This document shows, one piece after another, positions 56,554 through 62,956 of a DNA stretch of 64,000 nucleotides. The notes under the pieces are model-generated. The model was not told where the DNA came from, made no database searches, and saw nothing but the letters and a program-made list of their open reading frames with translations. The first letter of the stretch is position 1. Each line of letters opens with the position of its first letter. A program made the translations under genes and the position numbers. This DNA is from Bacteroidales bacterium (GTDB lineage: Bacteria > Bacteroidota > Bacteroidia > Bacteroidales > VadinHA17), in contig JBBRXA010000005.1 in the NCBI GenBank assembly GCA_038248855.1, positions 22,930 through 86,929 of the forward strand, written 5' to 3'.

Positions 56554-56664
56554 ACATGCTCATGCTACATGCTCATGCTACATGCTCATGCTCCATGCTC
56601 ATGCTCCATACTCATGCTCCATGCTCATGCTACATGCTCATGCTCCATACTCATGCTCCATACC
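56554..56664. repeat. 13-bp tandem array, 8 full units plus a partial one
   Basis: Units of Mcat(g/a)ctcatgct start at 56554, 56567, 56580, 56593, 56606, 56619, 56632 and 56645, with a partial unit at 56658. The period is not a multiple of 3. Confidence 0.9.
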
Positions 56665-56682
56665 AGAACTACAGTCTACTCC

Positions 56683-57352
56683 CTACTCCCTGCTCCCTAA
56701 AAGGAACCCCATCGGCACATGAAGCCTGCTGCTCCACGACCTTTCGGAGTGGTCATGGCCTTCATATTTCAGTGTAACCCAGTTTTCAGGGGTATAGCCT
56801 GCTGAGACCATCAGCCTGTCAACTTTTTTATGGTAGGGTTCGTACCACTTATACTTTCTGGCGCTTTTGCAACCCTGTTGTCATTTCTTGTGAAAAAGCC
56901 TACTCCTGTCATTGGCAGATGGGTTGAAATACACCCTGCCCCGCCAAAGACGTCAGGATATTCGCAGATGGCGTAAAGCGAGATCAGTCCGCCCATGCTG
57001 GAACCCATTATATATGTATTACTCCTGTCAGTGAGGGTAGAGTAATGCGAGTCAATGTAGGGTTTTATTTCTTTAACCAGCATCCTTAGTTAGGCATCAC
57101 CCAGCGGCTCGCATTTCATTGCCTTCATGACAAATTTTACATGTCGGCGCTCACTCATAAAGGTCAGGGCTGGACTTCATAACGTCTAGTTGAATCATAC
57201 CCTTCAGGGAGCCAGACACTTATATCCCGGGGAGTGAGGATCCCGGAAGAGGTGATGACAAATCTGTCAATCCTGCCTGCAGAAGGCCTGCCCTGTCCGT
57301 TGGAAATAACTGTGACCAGTAAAGCCGTTGCAATAAGTACTATTCTGTTCAT
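56683..57352 (-). pseudogene. Degraded secreted esterase (alpha/beta hydrolase, putative-esterase/IroE-like family)
   Basis: Three pieces lie in different frames. The N-terminal signal plus VWLPEGYD runs 57352-57164 and ends in a stop. The GSSMGG nucleophile piece runs 57083-56811. The C-terminal piece KKVDRLMVSAGYTPENWVTLKYEGHDHSERSWSSRLHVPMGFLL, from my own translation, ends at the TAG at 56683-56685. The segment normally between the first two pieces is largely missing. Confidence 0.75.
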
Positions 57353-57374
57353 TTCGAAAAATATTTATTTACTA

Positions 57375-57401
57375 CCGGATTAACGTTTCGCTGTAATCCG
57401 G
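57375..57401 (-). terminator. Possible terminator hairpin downstream of acr3
   Basis: ccggatta (57375-57382) pairs with taatccgg (57394-57401) with an 11-nt loop. On the minus strand it is followed by tagtaaataaatattttt. The loop is long, so the call is weak. Confidence 0.35.
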
Positions 57402-57448
57402 GTTACAGATTCAGAAATTCCGTGGTGCCGGGATTACTTTTCGTCAGG

Positions 57449-58489
57449 TTAAAAGTATTTCTTTTTAAGCCATAGGGAAACATTAACCAGACCGATCATC
57501 ACCGGCACTTCCACGAGTGGCCCGATGACAGCGGCAAACGCCTCCCCGGAATTAATGCCGAATACTGAAATGGCTACCGCGATAGCGAGTTCAAAGTTAT
57601 TGCTGGCTGCAGTGAATGACAGTGTTGCCGTCTGTGAATAGGTAGCCCCCACCCTTTTGCTCATAAAGAAAGAGATGAGGAACATCACAATAAAATAAAT
57701 AATAAGGGGAATAGCTATCCGAACCACGTCAAACGGAATCTTTATTATAAATTCTCCTTTTAGAGAGAACATTACAAAGATTGTAAAGAGAAGGGCAATC
57801 AGGGTCAGGGGGCTTATCTGCGGGATGAATCTGGAATGATACCATTCCTTGTTCTTTATCCTGATCAGGAAAAATCTTGTAAGAAATCCTGCTATGAACG
57901 GGATCCCGAGATAGATGAAAACGCTTTTTGCAATCTGGCCGATTGTGATTTGTTCAACGAGGTCATTGCCCGGAAGCCCGAACCATCCAGGCAGAACAGC
58001 AATGAAGAGGTAGGCATAGACGGAGAAAAACAGTACCTGGAAGACTGAATTAAATGCCACAAGACCGGCTGCGTACTGTGTGTCCCCTTTTGCCAGGTCG
58101 TTCCAGACAATCACCATGGCAATGCATCGTGCAAGACCTATGAGAATCAGTCCGTACATATAGTCAATATTAAACCTCAGGAAGAGTACAGCGAGAAAAA
58201 ACATCAACACCGGTCCTATCACCCAGTTTTGCACCAGTGACAGTCCGAGAATTTTTGTGTTCCTGAATACATCTGGCAATTCCTCATATTTAACCTTTGC
58301 CAGAGGGGGATACATCATCACAATCAGGCCAATGGCAATGGGTATGTTTGTGGTACCGCTCGAGAGGGAGTTCCAGAAATCCGCAATGCCGGGGCTGCTC
58401 CAGCCAATCAGTACACCGGCAAACATCGCAAGGAATATCCACAGTGTGAGGTACCTGTCCAGTGTTTTAAGTCGTTTCTGAGATGGCAT
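57449..58489 (-). CDS. acr3: Arsenite efflux transporter, ACR3 family
   Basis: 346-aa protein of about 10 TM segments. The N-terminus [20 protein letters not shown] and the patterns MMYPPLAKV and RCIAMV are typical of Acr3. Confidence 0.85.
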   Translation of the reverse strand: MPSQKRLKTLDRYLTLWIFLAMFAGVLIGWSSPGIADFWNSLSSGTTNIPIAIGLIVMMYPPLAKVKYEELPDVFRNTKILGLSLVQNWVIGPVLMFFLAVLFLRFNIDYMYGLILIGLARCIAMVIVWNDLAKGDTQYAAGLVAFNSVFQVLFFSVYAYLFIAVLPGWFGLPGNDLVEQITIGQIAKSVFIYLGIPFIAGFLTRFFLIRIKNKEWYHSRFIPQISPLTLIALLFTIFVMFSLKGEFIIKIPFDVVRIAIPLIIYFIVMFLISFFMSKRVGATYSQTATLSFTAASNNFELAIAVAISVFGINSGEAFAAVIGPLVEVPVMIGLVNVSLWLKKKYF

Positions 58490-58501
58490 AGGTCTGTGAT
58501 T

Positions 58502-58667
58502 TTAATTTTTATACCCTGAGACAGTTATGCTGAAGACACCCTTTTCCACGGTCTTATAATTTAGGATCTCATTGTTTTCGGTTATACCTGCGAGCAGGGT
58601 TTGCGCATCTGTTCCGGCAGGTCACCCCTGAGCACAACGTCGGAGACGCAGAAATGGCCGAAATTCA
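58502..58667 (-). pseudogene. Possible 3' remnant of an arsenite S-adenosylmethionine methyltransferase (arsM-like), frameshifted
   Basis: My translation of the acr3-CDF spacer gives HFCVSDVVLRGDLPEQMRKP, then in another frame LLAGITENNEILNYKTVEKGVFSITVSGYKN-stop. This resembles the ArsM C-terminal pattern ISDVV...LPE..R....AGCIAGA....GF..I.I....K. No N-terminal methyltransferase part is present. Confidence 0.4.
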
Positions 58668-58674
58668 TACTCTT

Positions 58675-59568
58675 CTAGTGAATTAACTGTTTATTGTCGT
58701 CTACCATGTACTCAGGCTGAACAGTTGCATGATCAATGTCGTACCGGTGCAATATCTCTTTTATCTGAACCAATATTTTTCCAAAGTCACTTATTTTGAC
58801 ATCATCCAGCACATCGATATGAGCTTCGAACATAAGATCGTGTTCGTTGAGCTGCCAGACATGCACATGATGAGCATTGTTAACTCCATGGATTTTCTCA
58901 ATTTCCTCAACAATTTTGTGAATATCAATCTCTTCAGGTGTGAATTGCATTATGATGCGCAGTGATGATCTGAAGATTCCCCAGCTCATATAAAGAAGAT
59001 AGACTGCTATTGCCATAGAGAAAACACTGTCAGTCCAGTACCACTTCAGGTATTTCATTGCCAGGCCTCCAAGCAATACAACAACGGAGGTAAGCATATC
59101 ACCGACCAGATGAAGGTAAACCGATTTCATGTTCATGTTTGCATGAGAATCGTTCCGGATAAAAAGCACGCTGATACCGTTTGCCAGTATCCCTGCCAAG
59201 GCCAGCCAGATCACAAGGCCCGCGGAAATTGCCACCGGGCTTATCAGTCGCTGTACGGCTTCAAAGAGAATAATGACTGATATGATAATCAGGGTGGCCG
59301 AGTTGATAAATGCGGCAAGAATTTCCGACCGTCTGAATCCGAAGGTCTGTTTTTCGGTAGCTTCCCTTTTCGACAGCCTGTTGGCCAGGTAGCTTATTAC
59401 CATCGATAATACATCACTGAAGTTATGGGCTGCATCACTGAGCAATGCCATACTTCCTGAGATAATCCCTCCTATTGCCTGTGCTATAGTAATGCCGGTG
59501 TTAAGCAGTATGGCAAACCCGAGGTTTTTACCGCTTACCTCACGGTGTTGGTGTCCGGTTTCACTCAT
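58675..59568 (-). CDS. Cation diffusion facilitator (CzcD/ZitB-like) divalent-metal efflux transporter
   Basis: 297 aa with a His-containing N-terminus, CDF signatures ALLSDAAHNFSDVLS and HLVGDMLTSVVV, and a C-terminal cytoplasmic domain. Confidence 0.85.
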   Translation of the reverse strand: MSETGHQHREVSGKNLGFAILLNTGITIAQAIGGIISGSMALLSDAAHNFSDVLSMVISYLANRLSKREATEKQTFGFRRSEILAAFINSATLIIISVIILFEAVQRLISPVAISAGLVIWLALAGILANGISVLFIRNDSHANMNMKSVYLHLVGDMLTSVVVLLGGLAMKYLKWYWTDSVFSMAIAVYLLYMSWGIFRSSLRIIMQFTPEEIDIHKIVEEIEKIHGVNNAHHVHVWQLNEHDLMFEAHIDVLDDVKISDFGKILVQIKEILHRYDIDHATVQPEYMVDDNKQLIH

Positions 59569-59689
59569 GTGCTAAGTAATTGCCGTTTGAGAAAATAAAA
59601 GTAAAGTTACCTTTTTCATACACTTTACAGAAAAGGTTTTGATACAGTTGAAACCATTCCGGCCCTGAATTGTTCCGCAGGCACCGCAA

Positions 59690-61033
59690 TTAAAATACTG
59701 AACCGTAAATAAGGCCTGAAATGGTTGCCATAATCATGACCAGGCTAACATAAATCAGAGTTTTCTGATTCCCGATCACACCCCTTATCACAAGCATATT
59801 TGGCAGTGAAAGGGAAGGACCTGCCAGGAGAAGGGCAAGCGCGGGACCTTTCCCCATTCCGGAAGCTATCAAACCCTGCAGTATTGGTACTTCGGTCAGT
59901 GTGGCAAAATACATGAATGCACCTACAAACGAAGCAAAGAAATTGGAAAAAAGGGAATTGCCGCCCACCAGCGCTGATATCCATTCATTCGGAATAATAC
60001 CGGCAATGGTCTTTCCGTCATGGGTCGACCCCAGAAGGAACCCGGCCGTTACAACGCCTATAGCAAGAAGCGGGAGTATCTGTTTTGCGAAACCCCATGA
60101 AGACATAGTCCATTCCCTGTTCTCATCATCGGTTTTATCAAGAATCGTAATAACACTTAAAGAAATAATACCCACAAGCATTGGAACAAGCGGTCTGAGC
60201 TTAACGTTTTCAATGAATGCATTTGAAAGCAGAATTGAAACAGCCGTAACCACTGCAGCCCCCAATACCCATTGCCATTTGATCTTTAAAATTTTAACCA
60301 ATGAGTAGCACAGCAGAAGGCTGAATGCTCCCGTGATAAGCCATTTGTATGCCCAGATATAGTACCAGGTGCTTGAATTATCTCCTTCTCCGGGCTTTCC
60401 CCAGTTGGCAAAGACAAGGATAATGACAAGAGTGAAGAAGTGAAATGAAGTCTGCCACATTGGGCGTTTCTCGGGCTGAAAGGCAATATTCATCTGCTCC
60501 TCCTTCTTCACCAGTTCTTCCTTACGGTAAATAAACGCCATTATCAGTCCGATAATCACACTGAAGGATATTGCACCAATCGTTCGGGCAACACCCATTT
60601 CAAATCCCAGGATACGCGCCGTCAGAATAATGGCAAGGATATTTATCGCAGGTCCCGAATAGAGAAAAGCTATTGCGGGTCCCAGTCCTGCCCCGCGCTT
60701 GTGAATACTTGAAAACAACGGCAGAATTGTACATGAACAGACTGCCAGCACAGTACCGGAGACCGCGGCAACCGTATATGCCAGCCACTTCTTTGCATTG
60801 GCTCCGAAATAGCGGAGTACTGATCCCTGGCTTACAAACACGGAAATTACGCCGGCTATAAAGAATGCAGGCAGCAGACATAAAATCACATGTTCACGTG
60901 CATACCATTTTACCAGGTCAAATGTTGCATCGATAGCTGTAGTAAACCGTGCACTTTCAACCGGCATAAAAAATGCAAAAACAAATACCACTGTGATCCA
61001 TATCAGGATCTTCATTTCCTTCTTTAATTCCAT
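59690..61033 (-). CDS. DUF318/YraQ/ArsP-type permease
   Basis: Polytopic protein with the vicinal-Cys motif AVCSCTILPLF characteristic of this family. The track start (GTG at 61066) lies inside a palindrome. I prefer the ATG at 61033 (MELKKEMKILIW). Confidence 0.75.
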   Translation of the reverse strand: MELKKEMKILIWITVVFVFAFFMPVESARFTTAIDATFDLVKWYAREHVILCLLPAFFIAGVISVFVSQGSVLRYFGANAKKWLAYTVAAVSGTVLAVCSCTILPLFSSIHKRGAGLGPAIAFLYSGPAINILAIILTARILGFEMGVARTIGAISFSVIIGLIMAFIYRKEELVKKEEQMNIAFQPEKRPMWQTSFHFFTLVIILVFANWGKPGEGDNSSTWYYIWAYKWLITGAFSLLLCYSLVKILKIKWQWVLGAAVVTAVSILLSNAFIENVKLRPLVPMLVGIISLSVITILDKTDDENREWTMSSWGFAKQILPLLAIGVVTAGFLLGSTHDGKTIAGIIPNEWISALVGGNSLFSNFFASFVGAFMYFATLTEVPILQGLIASGMGKGPALALLLAGPSLSLPNMLVIRGVIGNQKTLIYVSLVMIMATISGLIYGSVF

Positions 61034-61051
61034 TGTCTGCTTAAAATTTTC

Positions 61052-61071
61052 ATTTCGTATTATCACGAAAT
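61052..61071. promoter_or_regulatory. Perfect 7-6-7 inverted repeat ATTTCGT-attatc-ACGAAAT, candidate ArsR-family operator upstream of the permease gene
   Basis: It shares the core TTTCGT-N6-ACGAAA with the site directly upstream of arsR (62801-62818). It lies between the CcdA-like stop (61087) and the permease ATG (61033). Confidence 0.5.
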
Positions 61072-61086
61072 ATAATTGTAAAATTT

Positions 61087-61785
61087 TTAAAAGTATACAG
61101 TAATAATATAATAGATTCCAACCGCTATAAACAGAACGGCAACAATCCTCCTGAACCAGAGTTCAAATGCCCTGATACGACTGTAGATCATACCCACATT
61201 TCCAACGGCATAAGCAAGAAACCATGCAAAAATAATTACCGGGATCCCGGTTGCAATTGCAAAGACCACCGGCAGAATGAGTCCGTCAGCACTGGCAACC
61301 GTCATGGGAATGAGCATCACGAAATAAAGTACGGCGCTGTATGGACAGAAAGCCATGGCAAAGAGCATCCCGAGGAGAAGGGTATTCAGATAGCTTTTTC
61401 TTCCCTTCTCACCTATTTTATCAGTCAGGGAGCCAAGACCCGGCAGCTTCAGGTTAATAAAATCAAGCATGAATAACCCTATAATAATCAGCATTGGACC
61501 GAGGACCTTCTCACCCCATTTCTGGAACCATCCCGAAATATCCATCTGGCTGGCTCCGAAGAAGATTATCAGAGCAATGCCCACATAGGTTACAGCACGT
61601 CCCAGTGTATAAACCAGACCGTTAAGGAAAACCCTCCTGCGGTCGCCAAGGTCACGGCTGATAAACCCGATGGCTGAAATATTGGTTGCCAGGGGACAGG
61701 GACTGATGGCGGTCATCAGGCCCAGTACCATGGCAGCAAGAACCGAATACTGAGTATTCTCAAGTATTTTCAGAAGAAACTCCAT
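61087..61785 (-). CDS. CcdA/DsbD-type transmembrane thiol:disulfide electron-transfer protein
   Basis: 232 aa with about 6 TM segments and the two conserved Cys in Pro contexts (AISPCPLATN and AFCPYSAV). Confidence 0.8.
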   Translation of the reverse strand: MEFLLKILENTQYSVLAAMVLGLMTAISPCPLATNISAIGFISRDLGDRRRVFLNGLVYTLGRAVTYVGIALIIFFGASQMDISGWFQKWGEKVLGPMLIIIGLFMLDFINLKLPGLGSLTDKIGEKGRKSYLNTLLLGMLFAMAFCPYSAVLYFVMLIPMTVASADGLILPVVFAIATGIPVIIFAWFLAYAVGNVGMIYSRIRAFELWFRRIVAVLFIAVGIYYIITVYF

Positions 61786-61790
61786 TGAAT

Positions 61791-62231
61791 CTATCTGACC
61801 GGATTCAAAAGAGGATCGATTGCTTTTTTGATTTCAGCCCTAAGTTTGTCCGGACTGGTTGTGGCATACATGAAACCCTTGTCTGTCAAATCAACACGAA
61901 CATCTCCGCTGAGTACAAGAAGTGTCTGTCCGGTTACCTTGCATCTTTCAGCGACAGGTTTGCTTCCCTCAAGATCAAGGTTTACACTTGTAAAACTCAC
62001 ACTCCCTTTTTTCACCTGGTCAGGATAAAGGGCTTCTATGGCGTCTCTCGACACATTTTCAACGGCCTGGCAGGTCACACAGCGGCGCGTAAGGTGAAAG
62101 TAAAAAACCTCCACCTTGTCACCTGCATTTGCCGGCAAAACATCTTTGTTTTCAGGGCTGCGCACTGTTCTGAATGCAAAGAATGCAATGGCAACAACAA
62201 CTGCAACGGAAACAAGAGCTACCTTTTTCAT
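61791..62231 (-). CDS. Membrane-anchored thioredoxin-fold protein (CVTC)
   Basis: N-terminal TM or signal anchor, then VEVFYFHLTRRCVTCQAVE. From memory, homologues in ars-type clusters carry ArsF-family labels. This is not verified. Confidence 0.6.
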   Translation of the reverse strand: MKKVALVSVAVVVAIAFFAFRTVRSPENKDVLPANAGDKVEVFYFHLTRRCVTCQAVENVSRDAIEALYPDQVKKGSVSFTSVNLDLEGSKPVAERCKVTGQTLLVLSGDVRVDLTDKGFMYATTSPDKLRAEIKKAIDPLLNPVR

Positions 62232-62241
62232 TTCGGCATAT

Positions 62242-62475
62242 TTAATTTGTTAAATACTTTTTGAGTTCGTCAGCGGAGGGCACCCGTCCCTTCAAAACAA
62301 CTTTTTCATCAATTACAAGTGCAGGAGTAGACATCACACCGTAGTTCATAATGGCCACAATGTCTTCGACCTTTGTAACCGTCGCCTCTATACCGTTTTG
62401 TTCCACAACCTCACGGGTAAGCTTTTCAAGGGCTTTGCATTTCGGGCAACCTGGGCCCAGAATTTTTATTTCCAT
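62242..62475 (-). CDS. Small thioredoxin-family protein (redox-active disulfide protein 2 type)
   Basis: 77 aa, MEIKILGPGCPKCKALE. Confidence 0.85.
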   Translation of the reverse strand: MEIKILGPGCPKCKALEKLTREVVEQNGIEATVTKVEDIVAIMNYGVMSTPALVIDEKVVLKGRVPSADELKKYLTN

Positions 62476-62478
62476 TCT

Positions 62479-62796
62479 TTATCTATTAAAAAAGTTATTG
62501 AGCAAAAGCCGTGCCTCTTCCCAGTTCTCACGGTTTATACAATATTTGATATAGGGAGGGTTGATCTCCCCCTGTATCAGTCCGGCTTTCTTCAGTTCCT
62601 TAAGATGTTCCGAAAGAGTTGAGCGGGCAATGGGCAATTCCTCAGCCATGTCACCGCTGTAACAGCACCTGTCGAGATTGTTTGCCAGAAAATCCATGAC
62701 GAACACCCTTACCGGATGAGAAAGGGCTTTGCCGTAGCGTGAAAGCTTCTCCTGGTCTGCAGTATAGGGTTTGATTTTAACTTTTCTCTCGCTCAT
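62479..62796 (-). CDS. arsR: ArsR/SmtB-family metalloregulatory repressor
   Basis: Winged HTH (ALSHPVRVFVMDFL ... IARSTLSEHLKELKKAGLI) with a Cys pair in the alpha3 region (DRCCYSGDM). Confidence 0.85.
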   Translation of the reverse strand: MSERKVKIKPYTADQEKLSRYGKALSHPVRVFVMDFLANNLDRCCYSGDMAEELPIARSTLSEHLKELKKAGLIQGEINPPYIKYCINRENWEEARLLLNNFFNR

Positions 62797-62800
62797 TTCA

Positions 62801-62818
62801 TTTCGTAAAATGACGAAA
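62801..62818. promoter_or_regulatory. Perfect 6-6-6 inverted repeat TTTCGT-aaaatg-ACGAAA, candidate ArsR operator
   Basis: It starts 5 bp upstream of the arsR start codon and directly abuts a TAnnTTTG box. It has the same core as the site at 61052-61071. Confidence 0.55.
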
Positions 62819-62826
62819 CAAATGTA
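62819..62826 (-). promoter_or_regulatory. Candidate -7 promoter box (TACATTTG on the minus strand) for the arsR operon
   Basis: The plus strand reads caaatgta. This is an exact TAnnTTTG match, and the predicted transcription start would fall inside the palindrome. Confidence 0.4.
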
Positions 62827-62956
62827 ACTATATATTTAAAATAATAATTTATTAAGGACTTTTTTTTGAGACAATGAAAGAAATCTTTGAATCTTTCCCG
62901 GAACTCTATACCTTCACCTGAAGAAAAATATAAATACTTTGAAAATCAGGCACAGG

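Noticed and set aside
52471-56664. CRISPR arrays as an explanation for the two tandem arrays.
   Set aside because: The units are directly adjacent (21-bp and 13-bp periods) with no unique spacers. No cas genes are in the window.
56556-56777. 73-aa ORF MLMLHAHATCSCSMLML...
   Set aside because: It is a translation artefact of the 13-bp CATGCT-rich array. The reading frame changes meaning every unit, and the ORF overlaps the 3' end of the esterase pseudogene.
56469-62826. Calling the metal(loid) region a mobile genomic island.
   Set aside because: No integrase, transposase, tRNA attachment site or terminal inverted/direct repeats were found. Only gene decay and mosaic structure are visible, so mobility cannot be supported from this window.
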